64,000 bases of DNA from assembly GCA_963524145.1 (NCBI GenBank), contig CAURDO010000005.1:20289-84288 (forward strand), written 5' to 3'. The notes under the pieces were generated by a model. It was given only the letters and a program-made list of their open reading frames with translations. It ran no database searches and had not been told where the DNA came from. The stretch is from an uncultured Candidatus Saccharibacteria bacterium. Its GTDB lineage: Bacteria; Patescibacteriota; Saccharimonadia; Saccharimonadales; Saccharimonadaceae. Each line of letters begins with the position of its first letter. Position 1 is the stretch's first letter. Shown here piece after piece: positions 25,051 through 34,143 of the stretch. The position numbers and the translations under genes are program-made.

Positions 25051-25779
25051 ATGTCTGTAAAGGTAGACATTAAGGCTTTGCTGGAGTCAGGTGTTCATTT
25101 CGGACACAAAACCAGCCGTTGGCACCCAAAAATGGCGCCATATATTCACAGTAAGCGTCAGGACAGTCATATCATTGACTTGGTCAAGACGGTTGAGGCA
25201 TTGGATAAGGCGTTGCCAGAACTAACAAAAATTGCAGCGTCAGGCCGCAAAGTACTGTTTGTTGGTACGAAAAAGCAGGCTAAGGATGTTGTGCGCCAAG
25301 CAGCTGAAAAGATTAATCAACCATATGTGGTTGAACGCTGGATTGGTGGTATGTTGACCAACGGTTCAACAATTGCTCAGCAGATCAAGAAGCTGAAGAA
25401 TTTGGAAAAGCGCATGGCGTCAGGTGACCTGGAAAAGCGTTACAATAAGTTGGAAGTGCAGCGTTTCCAAGAGGAAATTGACAGTTTGAATATAAAGTAC
25501 GGTGGTATCAAAGACTTGATGGGCAAGCCAGGCGCAGTGGTCGTGGTTGATGCATTGACTGACGCAAATGCAGTGCGTGAAGCTCGGACGTTGGGCGTGC
25601 CGGTATTTGCAATCGTGGACACTAACGTCAACCCAACTGGTATTGACTACGTTATCCCAGGTAACGATGACGCTATTAAGGGTATCCAATTGTTGTTGGA
25701 TTATTTCACTGAAGCTGTTGCCGAAGGTGCGGGTAGTGTAAAAACTGAAGAAAAACCAGTGAAAAAAGAGGAGAAATAG
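25051..25779 (+). CDS. rpsB: 30S ribosomal protein S2
   Basis: LLESGVHFGHKTSRWHPKM. The ATG at 25051 is preceded by aaggagaaagag. TGgTATAAT lies at 24964-24972. Confidence 0.95.
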   Translation: MSVKVDIKALLESGVHFGHKTSRWHPKMAPYIHSKRQDSHIIDLVKTVEALDKALPELTKIAASGRKVLFVGTKKQAKDVVRQAAEKINQPYVVERWIGGMLTNGSTIAQQIKKLKNLEKRMASGDLEKRYNKLEVQRFQEEIDSLNIKYGGIKDLMGKPGAVVVVDALTDANAVREARTLGVPVFAIVDTNVNPTGIDYVIPGNDDAIKGIQLLLDYFTEAVAEGAGSVKTEEKPVKKEEK

Positions 25780-25780
25780 G

Positions 25781-26377
25781 ATGGGCGTTTCTGTTGACGA
25801 CATTAAAAAACTGCGCGAATTGACAGGTGTGGGTTTGACTGATGCCAAGAAAGCATTGGTTGAAGCTGATGGCGACTTTGATAAGGCACTGGAAGAGATG
25901 CGTAAAAAAGGTTTGACCAAGGCTGAGAAAAAGGGTGACCGCGAAGCGCGCGAAGGTTTGATTGAGAGCTATGTTCACTCTGGTCGAATTGGCGTGATTG
26001 TCGAAGTTAACTGTGAGACTGACTTTGTGGCACGTTTGGATGATTTCAAGACGTTGGCGCACGAAATTGCTATGCAAATTGCAGCCATGAGTCCGAAGTA
26101 TGTTTCCGAGGCGGACATTCCGGCTGAGGAAATGGAGCGGGTGAAGGCTGAGCTGATGACTAGTGAAGCACTCGCAAGCAAGCCTGAAGAAATGCGAGAA
26201 AAAATTGTTGAAGGTCAATTGAAGAAACATTTTGTTGAGCAGGTGTTGATGAGCCAAGCATACATCTTGGATGACTCTAAGACTGTTGAGCAACATGTCA
26301 AGGAAGCGATTGCTAAATTGGGTGAGAACATTGTGGTTCGCCAATTTAAGCGAATTGAGCTGGGTGTAAGCGAATAA
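25781..26377 (+). CDS. tsf: Elongation factor Ts (short form)
   Basis: IKKLRELTGVGLTDAKKALVEADGDFDKALEEMRKKG (UBA-like N-terminus), VEVNCETDFVAR. Directly follows rpsB. Confidence 0.93.
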   Translation: MGVSVDDIKKLRELTGVGLTDAKKALVEADGDFDKALEEMRKKGLTKAEKKGDREAREGLIESYVHSGRIGVIVEVNCETDFVARLDDFKTLAHEIAMQIAAMSPKYVSEADIPAEEMERVKAELMTSEALASKPEEMREKIVEGQLKKHFVEQVLMSQAYILDDSKTVEQHVKEAIAKLGENIVVRQFKRIELGVSE

Positions 26378-26395
26378 ATTTTCACATACAGAAAT

Positions 26396-26430
26396 AAATC
26401 GGCTGTAGCAATGCGGCCGATTTTTTATTT
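26396..26430 (+). terminator. Rho-independent terminator after tsf
   Basis: aaatcggc (26396-26403) / gccgattt (26416-26423), followed by a T-run. Confidence 0.7.
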
Positions 26431-26482
26431 TGTCAATATTTACCACAAGCATATTGACAATATCGCAAATATGTGCTAGTAT
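26431..26482 (+). promoter_or_regulatory. Promoter TTGACA-17-TAGTAT with a 9-bp inverted repeat overlapping the -35 box
   Basis: TTGACA at 26454-26459, 17-nt spacer, TAGTAT at 26477-26482 (TGc upstream). Inverted repeat tgtcaatat (26431-26439) / atattgaca (26451-26459). Confidence 0.6.
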
Positions 26483-26537
26483 GATTACGTATCAGACAGT
26501 AAAATAACAGGCAATTGTAAAAATAAAAAGGAAAAGT

Positions 26538-27593
26538 ATGAGCGAAAAATTAGGATCTACCATGTCATCGCCTAATACAGGCGAAGTAGCAAATACCGAC
26601 AGGAGTTTGACTGCTGACGGAGACAAAAGACCAATGACACGCGAACAGCGTGTTGCTGATGGTCGGGAAAAGTTGAATGCACTAAAGGACAAGGTGAGGG
26701 AAGGTCTTTGTAAGACGTGGAAAAAATTGTCTGAGGGCTTTTATGTTGGCGCGAGCTATGGGTTTGAATTGTCTGGTAAGACTAAGGAAAAAGTCGGCAA
26801 CGCCTATACTGCAGCAAAAGCCAAGGCTGCAGAATTATTTGCGGGTGGTCGTGAAGTTATTTCTCAAAAAGCGGCAGAAGCTCGTACACGCAAGAGAGTG
26901 AGACAGTGGCAGCGTGAAATGCGTGCAGGAGATCGAGACGTATCTCGAAGTGAGCGTGAGGCCGAAAGACAACAATACCGCCGAGCGAAGAAGCAAGATG
27001 GGGAGGACAATACAGCCGACAAAGCAGTGATTGGTGATAATAAAGAAGCTATAAAAAGTTCTAGACGAGAGCAAAAAGAGGTGGCTACCAAGTTGGAAGC
27101 AGCAGAAAGGAAACGGCGAGAAGCGGAGCGGAAAGCTAAGGTTGCTGCCGCCGAAGCCAAGGCTGCGAAGGAAGCTGCGGACGCCGATCCGTCCGATGAG
27201 AAAAAACGCTTAGAGGCTGCTAGAAGACATGGCCTAAGCATAGCTGCTAATGCGGAATTAGAGAGCGCCGAGCTTGATGTAAATAATCTCAAAGATATGA
27301 TTAATTCTGCTAAGGAAAAGATTAATAAAGCTAAAACTGAAATAGATGAAGTTAGAGGTCGTATAGAGGATCGTGCGAATAAGGCCAGAGCTCGTAAAAA
27401 CGCACGAAGGCAGGCTCGCAGGGAAGCTCTTGGCGATAAATGGGAATCTGCTAAGGAGAAGGTTGCACGAGTTGCCGGCAAGAGCGCTGACTGGATGAAG
27501 CAACTTGGTAAGAAGATTTCTTCAGGAATTGGCAAGGTTGCTAGGAAAGTCGCCAATAGGCTTGATCCAGTAGAGTCAGATAGTAACAAATAA
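26538..27593 (+). CDS. Hypothetical K/R/E/A-rich coiled-coil protein (351 aa)
   Basis: Long charged low-complexity ORF with a promoter and an aaaggaaaag SD-like element. No TM helix and no recognisable family. Confidence 0.6.
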   Translation: MSEKLGSTMSSPNTGEVANTDRSLTADGDKRPMTREQRVADGREKLNALKDKVREGLCKTWKKLSEGFYVGASYGFELSGKTKEKVGNAYTAAKAKAAELFAGGREVISQKAAEARTRKRVRQWQREMRAGDRDVSRSEREAERQQYRRAKKQDGEDNTADKAVIGDNKEAIKSSRREQKEVATKLEAAERKRREAERKAKVAAAEAKAAKEAADADPSDEKKRLEAARRHGLSIAANAELESAELDVNNLKDMINSAKEKINKAKTEIDEVRGRIEDRANKARARKNARRQARREALGDKWESAKEKVARVAGKSADWMKQLGKKISSGIGKVARKVANRLDPVESDSNK

Positions 27594-27634
27594 GCATAAT
27601 TGATAATAAAAAATAAAAAGGATATCATAAAATC

Positions 27635-27970
27635 ATGAATAACGACCAACCTCAATTAAGTATTCAAGCAACAATAGTTACCAAGGCGCAGCTGAATTCA
27701 ATCGGCATTAGTCTGCCAGATGATCAGATGCAGGCGCTGATTCAGCACGTAGAGGAGACAATTAACGAGCGGATTAGCGAGGAAGTTGTTGAATCACTAA
27801 GCGACGATCGGCTAAAAGAGCTGGTGGAATTACAGACTAGTAATGCGCCGGCTGAGGAAATTGATGCGTGGATTCGCGAGTGCGTTCCAGAATATGATGA
27901 AATTATCGAGGATAATGTGGCGATTGTTCTGGGTGAATTAGTGGAAAATTCCGACGCTATTCAAAAGTAA
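27635..27970 (+). CDS. Hypothetical small acidic protein (111 aa)
   Basis: ORF preceded by aaaggat. Followed by a terminator hairpin. Confidence 0.55.
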   Translation: MNNDQPQLSIQATIVTKAQLNSIGISLPDDQMQALIQHVEETINERISEEVVESLSDDRLKELVELQTSNAPAEEIDAWIRECVPEYDEIIEDNVAIVLGELVENSDAIQK

Positions 27971-27990
27971 GTAATATAAAAATAACAATG

Positions 27991-28020
27991 ATCCGCCTTC
28001 TTTCTGGGAGGGCGGATTTT
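27991..28020. terminator. Hairpin terminator between the convergent 27635-27970 gene and recF
   Basis: atccgcc (27991-27997) / ggcggat (28011-28017) followed by tttt. Abuts the recF stop codon. Confidence 0.6.
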
Positions 28021-29071
28021 ACTGAGTGGAGATAATTAGGCAGCCGTCTTTTTGGTGTCGAGCGTCTGTGGTGGTGACGATGAATTGATGGTTTTGAATG
28101 GTCTCTTGGAGGAGCTTTTCGCGAGTGGCGTCTAGCTCAGAGAAGACGTCATCTAGTAGGATTAGCGGTCTTGATTGGTTAATTTTTGTTTGCAATTCCA
28201 GTTCTAACAGCTTGAAGGCCAGCATAATGGTACGCATCTCGCCTCGGGAGGCGATTTTAATGGCAGGCTGATCGTGAAGAAAAATGGTAAAATCTTCGCG
28301 GTGTGGGCCAGTCGAGGTAAATCCGGCAGCAATTTCGTATTCACGAGATTTTAACAAGCGGTCAAATAGGATTTGATCATAGTTTTCTAGCGCTGCCGCC
28401 GCGTTATACTCAATTGACAATTGCGTATTTTTTCCGGCCAAAGATTCGTATAAATTTTTTATACATTGTTCGTTGGTTTGGAGAAATTCGGCTCTTCTTT
28501 GAGCAATACTGGCGGCATATTGAGTAAATTTTATGTCCCAAGCAAACAGATTGTCGCGCCAGATTGAATAATTTTCTTGGTGGTTTTTTAAGAGTTCATT
28601 GCGCTGTAATAATGTGCGATTGAATGCCCGCAAATTTGTGTCATATTTAGTGTCAAGTCGGGCAATTAGTCCATCAAGGAAATCGCGTCGTCTGGATGGC
28701 GACGAGGAAATCAGACGTAGTTCACTTGGCTCAAATAGGACTACAGGAAGACGATTTTTCCTGGCTAGGATTTTCGACTTGTTATTGTTGATGATGAATT
28801 CTTTACTAATTTTTCCTGATGTAGTGCCTAGCTTAATTCGTCTTTCACCAAAATCTCCCTCCAGATGAATAATTGTTTGAGAGGTGTTGAATGCCATGCA
28901 ATCACTAAGACTGCCACGAAAGCTACTGCCACGTAGTGCTACATAGACCGCTTCAAGTAAGTTTGTTTTACCAGTACCGTTTGGTCCAATGATGACGGTG
29001 CCAGAGCTGCCGAATGCAGTTTCGTGTAGGGAATAAGAGCGGAAATTATATAGCTTAATCTTAGAAATCAC
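28019..29071 (-). CDS. recF: DNA replication and repair protein RecF
   Basis: KIKLYNFRSY, Walker A GPNGTGKTNLLEA, LLLDDVFSELD. GTG start 6 nt downstream of a minus-strand TGcTATAAT (rc of 29078-29083). Confidence 0.9.
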   Translation of the reverse strand: MISKIKLYNFRSYSLHETAFGSSGTVIIGPNGTGKTNLLEAVYVALRGSSFRGSLSDCMAFNTSQTIIHLEGDFGERRIKLGTTSGKISKEFIINNNKSKILARKNRLPVVLFEPSELRLISSSPSRRRDFLDGLIARLDTKYDTNLRAFNRTLLQRNELLKNHQENYSIWRDNLFAWDIKFTQYAASIAQRRAEFLQTNEQCIKNLYESLAGKNTQLSIEYNAAAALENYDQILFDRLLKSREYEIAAGFTSTGPHREDFTIFLHDQPAIKIASRGEMRTIMLAFKLLELELQTKINQSRPLILLDDVFSELDATREKLLQETIQNHQFIVTTTDARHQKDGCLIISTQ

Positions 29072-29161
29072 TCTGTTATTATAGCATGGGACAGGGCGTG
29101 AAAATAAACAGACAAGTTGGCGGAAGTCTGTTATAATGGCGATAGATAATCGGAGGAATAT

Positions 29162-29716
29162 ATGTTTGACACAAACCCTTATGAAGAGAAAATGAACGCG
29201 GCTTTTAGCTTTTTTCAGGACGAGTTAAAAAAGGTACGAACAGGCCGAGCGCACTCTGGAATGCTGGACGGTGTTATGGTGGAGGCTTATGGTACCAAAA
29301 TGCCGCTTAATCAAGTAGCGAACGTTACTGCTCCAGAGGCACAAATGTTGTTGGTAACACCATTTGATCCAGGAAATATTACCGCAATTACTTCAGCCAT
29401 TCGTGATAATCAAAGTCTGGGATTTAACCCATCTGATGATGGGCGAGTAGTACGCGTGCCGGTGCCTTCTCTGACTGAGGAGCGTCGCCGTCAGCTGGTA
29501 AAGCAGGTTGGCGAGAAAGTTGAAGAAGCTCGAATTGCGATGCGAAATATTCGTCAGGACGCCCTGAAGGATGCTAAACGGATGAAGGATTCTAAAGAGC
29601 TGAGCGAGGATGATTTGAAACTGGTAGAGAAGGAGATTGACGGATTGATGAGTAAAATGCAGGTGCAAATTGACGAAGCATTTAAGGCAAAAGAAAAGGA
29701 TGTCTTGACAGTCTAA
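29162..29716 (+). CDS. frr: Ribosome recycling factor
   Basis: LKKVRTGRAHSGMLDGVMVEAYG...IAMRNIRQDA. SD ggagg upstream. Confidence 0.95.
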   Translation: MFDTNPYEEKMNAAFSFFQDELKKVRTGRAHSGMLDGVMVEAYGTKMPLNQVANVTAPEAQMLLVTPFDPGNITAITSAIRDNQSLGFNPSDDGRVVRVPVPSLTEERRRQLVKQVGEKVEEARIAMRNIRQDALKDAKRMKDSKELSEDDLKLVEKEIDGLMSKMQVQIDEAFKAKEKDVLTV

Positions 29717-30132
29717 TGAATCAAACTTTTACCGAGCGTGTGAAAGAATTAGGACTGTCGCTAGATCAGATTATTGTCATTGGCAGCGGTATTTTGGATC
29801 AATTAGGAATTCGTAAAGCTGCGGATGTTGATTTAGTAGCTAGCGATGAAGTATTAGAAAAAATTGCTAGCGATCTAGATTGGGCTGAACAATGCGATAA
29901 AAACCAGCGCCGATACTTTGTAAGTAATGATGGATCTGCAGAAATTTGGGATGGTTGGGAATTTGACGGGCAAGTGCTTAATTATGAGGAGCTGTTGAAA
30001 TGTTCGGTGGAATATGACGGTGTGAAGTTTGTTGGTTTAGATTTTCTGCGACAATGGAAGAATTGGCGCGGGCGCGAAAAAGATATTCAAGACGTTGAGT
30101 TAATTGATGAGTGGAGGACAAATAATGAGTGA
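29716..30132 (+). CDS. Small nucleotidyltransferase-fold-like protein (hypothetical)
   Basis: IVIGSGILDQLGIRKAADVDLV resembles the G[SG]-x(n)-D-x-D minimal NTase motif. TAATG overlap with the frr stop. Confidence 0.45.
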   Translation: MNQTFTERVKELGLSLDQIIVIGSGILDQLGIRKAADVDLVASDEVLEKIASDLDWAEQCDKNQRRYFVSNDGSAEIWDGWEFDGQVLNYEELLKCSVEYDGVKFVGLDFLRQWKNWRGREKDIQDVELIDEWRTNNE

Positions 30133-30820
30133 AAAAGCAGAACTACCGCGGCATATTGGCTTTATTGTTGACGGTAATCGTCGCTGGGCAAAGCAACATG
30201 GATTGCCGGCATATGAGGGGCATTTGGCTGGGTATAATGCTCTAAAAGATGTAGCTCTAGAGACGCTTCACCAAGGCGTAAAATGTGTGAGTGCTTACGT
30301 TTTTAGTACGGAAAACTGGAAGCGATCAGAAGAAGAAGTCGGGCATTTGATGGGATTATTATTAAAGATGTTGAAGGCTGACGTGCCGATTTTTATCGAG
30401 AATAATGTACGATTGCGCGTGATTGGCTCCAAAGAACGATTATCTGATGCGCTGGTCGAGGCGATTAATAATGCGGAGGCAAAAACAGCAGATTTAAGGG
30501 GCGGTGATTTGGTATTATGTTTAAATTATGGCGGACATTTGGAGATTGCTGATGCGGTTAAAAAAATTGTTCAATCTGGAATTTCTTCTGAAGATGTAAC
30601 ACCGGAGTTGGTAGCGCAGAATATATATGTGCCAGATATACCGCCATGTGATTTGATAGTGCGGACTAGCGGTGAGCAACGCCTGAGTAATTTTATGTTA
30701 TGGCGGGCAGCGTACAGCGAGCTGATGTTTATTGATAAACACTGGCCAGATATGACGACTGATGATGTTACGGTGATTTTGGATGAGTATGCACATCGGA
30801 ACCGGCGGTTCGGGGGGTGA
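30125..30820 (+). CDS. uppS: Undecaprenyl (isoprenyl) diphosphate synthase
   Basis: HIGFIVDGNRRWAK, FSTENWKR, RTSGEQRLSNFMLWRAAYSEL. The ATG at 30125 is preceded by ggagga. Confidence 0.93.
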   Translation: MSEKAELPRHIGFIVDGNRRWAKQHGLPAYEGHLAGYNALKDVALETLHQGVKCVSAYVFSTENWKRSEEEVGHLMGLLLKMLKADVPIFIENNVRLRVIGSKERLSDALVEAINNAEAKTADLRGGDLVLCLNYGGHLEIADAVKKIVQSGISSEDVTPELVAQNIYVPDIPPCDLIVRTSGEQRLSNFMLWRAAYSELMFIDKHWPDMTTDDVTVILDEYAHRNRRFGG

Positions 30821-31983
30821 TGATGTTGATTCTGGGGATTATTCTAGGACTATTTGTACTGATTTTACTGGTTGTTTTACATGAGCTGGGGCATGCTATG
30901 GTCGCTAAACGAAATGGTGTTAAAGTAGAAGAGTTTGGAGTTGGTTTTCCGCCAGTCGCAAAGAAATGGAAAGTAAAGCAAAGTTTTTTGGGTGAAAATG
31001 TAACGTTTAGTCTAAATTGGCTACCGTTGGGCGGTTTTGTACGTTTGAAAGGGGAATATGATTCCGCAAAAGGTAAAGGCACTTATGGTGGTTCGACGTT
31101 TTGGGCAAAAACTAAGATTTTGTTCGCTGGTGTATTCATGAATTGGCTTACGGCAATCGTTTTATTTACGATTTTAGCTGTAATTGGCTTACCAAAAGTA
31201 TTATCCCACCAAGTTCAATTACCGTTCGATACGGAAGTGCAATGTTCGCCGGTGACAGTGGTGCGGATTACGCCAGGATCGCCAGCAGATAAGTCAGGAC
31301 TAGAAGTCGATGATCAGCTTCTAAAGATAAATAATCAGCCGCTGAATAAAGCAGAAAAATTGCCAGACTTAACCAAAAAAAATACTGGTAAAAAAATAGC
31401 TATTCAGTATCGGCGCGGCGGTAAAGAATCATCAATTGAAGTGCAATTAAATTCTGAACAGGCGGCAAAATCTGGTGGTTATTTGGGTGTGGTGCCGGGT
31501 CAGACGGAAAAAACGTATAGTACGTGGTCGGCACCTATTATGGGAGTGGCAATTACGGGACAGTTATCGTACGAAACAGTTAAGGGCGTTGGTGTGTTGT
31601 TGGTGAAGACGGTTGGCGGATTCTTTGGGCAATTTTTTGGTTCGACAGAGTCAAGGGAGGCTGCGCGTGCTGATTTGGCGTCGGTTGGTGAGAATGTAGC
31701 GGGTCCAATTGGTATATTAGGTATATTATTCCCGTCTGTCATTCACTCTGGGGCAACACAGGTTATTTTTGTAGCAGCAATCATCTCACTTACTTTGGCG
31801 GTTATGAATGTTTTGCCGATTCCAGCGCTTGATGGCGGTCGATGGTTCACGATGGCAGGGTTTCGTTTGTTTAAAAAGGATCTAACAAAAGAGCGCGAAG
31901 AAAACATTCAAGCTACGGGCATGTTGATTTTATTAGTATTAACAATTTTAGTGACGGTAAGCGATGTTGGGAAGTTTTTCTAA
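30820..31983 (+). CDS. rseP: RIP (site-2) zinc metalloprotease RseP/M50 with a PDZ domain
   Basis: HELGHAMVAK, PDZ (ITPGSPADKSGLEVDDQLLKINN), C-terminal LPIPALDGG. The ATG overlaps the uppS stop; an alternative GTG lies at 30817. Confidence 0.85.
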   Translation: MMLILGIILGLFVLILLVVLHELGHAMVAKRNGVKVEEFGVGFPPVAKKWKVKQSFLGENVTFSLNWLPLGGFVRLKGEYDSAKGKGTYGGSTFWAKTKILFAGVFMNWLTAIVLFTILAVIGLPKVLSHQVQLPFDTEVQCSPVTVVRITPGSPADKSGLEVDDQLLKINNQPLNKAEKLPDLTKKNTGKKIAIQYRRGGKESSIEVQLNSEQAAKSGGYLGVVPGQTEKTYSTWSAPIMGVAITGQLSYETVKGVGVLLVKTVGGFFGQFFGSTESREAARADLASVGENVAGPIGILGILFPSVIHSGATQVIFVAAIISLTLAVMNVLPIPALDGGRWFTMAGFRLFKKDLTKEREENIQATGMLILLVLTILVTVSDVGKFF

Positions 31984-32764
31984 GAAAATAATAGGTCGCA
32001 AGTGGTGGCTGTTGTTGGCTCTTCCGGTATGGGTTTACGGTGTATTTTTAGTGGTAGAGCTAGCTCTTTCGCTTTTGGTTGGAGAATTGTCTCGAATTGG
32101 TGCGCCATTAGGTTCCGTAAATCCAGTCATTTTTAGTACAATTTTTTCAATTGTTACGTATGTCGTATCTTTGGCTGTGGTAATTTACGTTCCAGTGTAT
32201 ATCAAAAATCGCCAAACGTCTCTTCGTGATTTGGGGGTAAATGATTGGCCGACTTTTTTGGAAATATTTATCTCGCCGCTGGCGTTCGTGGCATATTTTC
32301 TGCTAACGATGGTCACGATGAGTATTGCTAGCGGCGTTTTCTCGGTAAATATACAGCAGCAGCAATCGCTACCGTTTAGCCAGAGTATGCTATCGACACA
32401 TTGGCAATTTTTCTTAGCATTTATCGTAATGGTAGTCTTGGCACCAATTGCCGAGGAACTTTTATATCGTGGATACCTTTACGGGAAGCTGCGCAATTCC
32501 TTTTCAATTTGGCTATCGATTTTAATAACGAGTGTGGCGTTTGGTTTGGCTCATCTGTGGGCTGGTCCAAATTTACCATTGCAATGGGCGGTGGTAGTTG
32601 ATACATTTACGTTAAGCCTAGTGATGTGCGCAGCGCGGGAATATACCGGTGCTATTTGGGTGCCAGTCCTGATGCATATGATGAAAAACGGGATAGCCTT
32701 CTATTTTCTATTTGTTAACACGAATCTAATAAATCAAGTCAACGCTTTATTGCCATTCATGTAA
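31964..32764 (+). CDS. CPBP-family (CAAX/Abi) intramembrane metalloprotease
   Basis: APIAEELLYRGYLY, SVAFGLAHL, HMMKN motifs in a multi-pass membrane protein. Confidence 0.8.
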   Translation: MLGSFSKKIIGRKWWLLLALPVWVYGVFLVVELALSLLVGELSRIGAPLGSVNPVIFSTIFSIVTYVVSLAVVIYVPVYIKNRQTSLRDLGVNDWPTFLEIFISPLAFVAYFLLTMVTMSIASGVFSVNIQQQQSLPFSQSMLSTHWQFFLAFIVMVVLAPIAEELLYRGYLYGKLRNSFSIWLSILITSVAFGLAHLWAGPNLPLQWAVVVDTFTLSLVMCAAREYTGAIWVPVLMHMMKNGIAFYFLFVNTNLINQVNALLPFM

Positions 32765-32775
32765 GGAGGAAAAAT

Positions 32776-34023
32776 ATGCGAATGACACAACTTTTTACCA
32801 GAACCTTAAAACAAGCACCAGCAGGTGAAGTGGCGCGTAACGCCCAGTTACTGATTCGTGCTGGCTACGTGCATAAAACGATGGCGGGCGTTTATTCATA
32901 CTTGCCACTGGGACTAAAAGTGGTTGAGAATATTAAGCAAATTGTCCGCGAAGAGATGAATAAAATTGACAGTCAAGAGCTAGTCATGAGCACACTGCAG
33001 CGTAAAGAAACATGGCAGGAGACTGGGCGCTGGAGCGACGAGTTGGTCGATGTTTGGTTTAAGTCTCATCTGCAAGACGGCACTGAGGTCGGTTTCGGCT
33101 GGACGCACGAAGAGCCGATTGTTGATTTACTGCGTAATTATTTGAAGAGCTATAAGGATTTGCCAATCAGCGTTTACCAATTCCAGAACAAGCTGCGCAA
33201 CGAGCTGCGCGCCAAAAGCGGTATTATGCGCGGCCGCGAGTTCGTTATGAAAGATATGTACTCGGTACATGCCAGCAAAGAAGATTTGGATAACTATTAC
33301 AACGCCGCGATCGATGCTTACAAGCGCTGCTACGACCGCTTTGGTATCGGCGATGAAACATACGTAACGTTTGCCTCGGGCGGAGCTTTCACTAAATTTA
33401 GCCACGAATTTCAGACGATTTGTGATGCTGGCGAGGATTACATTTATCTGCATCGCGGCAAAAATATTGCCGTGAACGAAGAAGTTTTGGATGACGCTGT
33501 CAAGGAGCTGAGTATTGACCGCAGCGAGCTAGAACGGGTCAAAACTGCCGAGGTTGGCAACATCTTTAACTTCGGTACGCAAAAGTCCAAGGAAATGCGC
33601 TTGGTATTTACTGACGCTGAGGGTGTAGAGCAGTATGCTTATATGGGCAGCTATGGTATTGGCATCACCCGGGTGATGGGCGTGATTGTTGAGAAATTTG
33701 CTGATGACAAGGGGCTGGTTTGGCCGGAAAACATTGCACCGTTTAAAATTCATGTGGTGTCGATCGGCGAAAAGGGCCGGGAATTGGCGGATAAACTGTA
33801 CACTGAGTTGGCTGGCAAAGGCGTGGAAGTGCTGCTGGATGATCGGGACGAGCGACCGGGCGTGAAATTTGCTGACGCCGAGCTGATGGGGCTGCCGTGG
33901 CGGATTACGATTAGCGATCGGGCAATTGATAGCGACGGACTGTTTGAGCTAACCGAGCGGGCGACTGGTGAGACGAAGAAATTGGACTATCAGCAGCTGG
34001 TCAAATTTTGTTTGGAGAAGTAA
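32776..34023 (+). CDS. proS: Prolyl-tRNA synthetase, bacterial-type N-terminus but only 415 aa (no INS editing domain)
   Basis: MRMTQLFTRTLKQAPAGEVARNAQLLIRAGY.., class II motifs (MRGREFVMKDMYS, GSYGIGITRV), and a C-terminal anticodon-binding domain. Confidence 0.9.
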   Translation: MRMTQLFTRTLKQAPAGEVARNAQLLIRAGYVHKTMAGVYSYLPLGLKVVENIKQIVREEMNKIDSQELVMSTLQRKETWQETGRWSDELVDVWFKSHLQDGTEVGFGWTHEEPIVDLLRNYLKSYKDLPISVYQFQNKLRNELRAKSGIMRGREFVMKDMYSVHASKEDLDNYYNAAIDAYKRCYDRFGIGDETYVTFASGGAFTKFSHEFQTICDAGEDYIYLHRGKNIAVNEEVLDDAVKELSIDRSELERVKTAEVGNIFNFGTQKSKEMRLVFTDAEGVEQYAYMGSYGIGITRVMGVIVEKFADDKGLVWPENIAPFKIHVVSIGEKGRELADKLYTELAGKGVEVLLDDRDERPGVKFADAELMGLPWRITISDRAIDSDGLFELTERATGETKKLDYQQLVKFCLEK

Positions 34024-34028
34024 GAGCA

Positions 34029-34057
34029 TTGACAGCCTAGGCGGCGATTGGTATACT
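34029..34057 (+). promoter_or_regulatory. Sigma70-type promoter for greA (TTGACA-17-TATACT)
   Basis: TTGACA at 34029-34034, 17-nt spacer, TGgTATACT ending at 34057. Confidence 0.65.
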
Positions 34058-34081
34058 CGTAGGGATTGAAAAGGTAAATGA

Positions 34082-34123
34082 ACGCTATATATAGTGTTTT
34101 TCGTTGATTATACACGCTATATA
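34082..34123 (+). repeat. Two copies of ACGCTATATAT in the greA 5' leader, 31 nt apart
   Basis: Copies at 34082-34092 and 34113-34123. The first lies in the near-palindrome cgctatatatagtg and is followed by ttttt. Confidence 0.6.
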
Positions 34124-34143
34124 TGGAAATTAAGGGGAATCTA

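Noticed and set aside
26864-27655. 263-aa ORF on the minus strand, opposite the coiled-coil gene.
   Set aside because: It is the S/L/A-rich mirror image of a K/E/A-rich low-complexity gene. It has no promoter or SD, and it runs across the plus-strand intergenic region. The plus-strand gene has a promoter, an SD-like site and a terminator.
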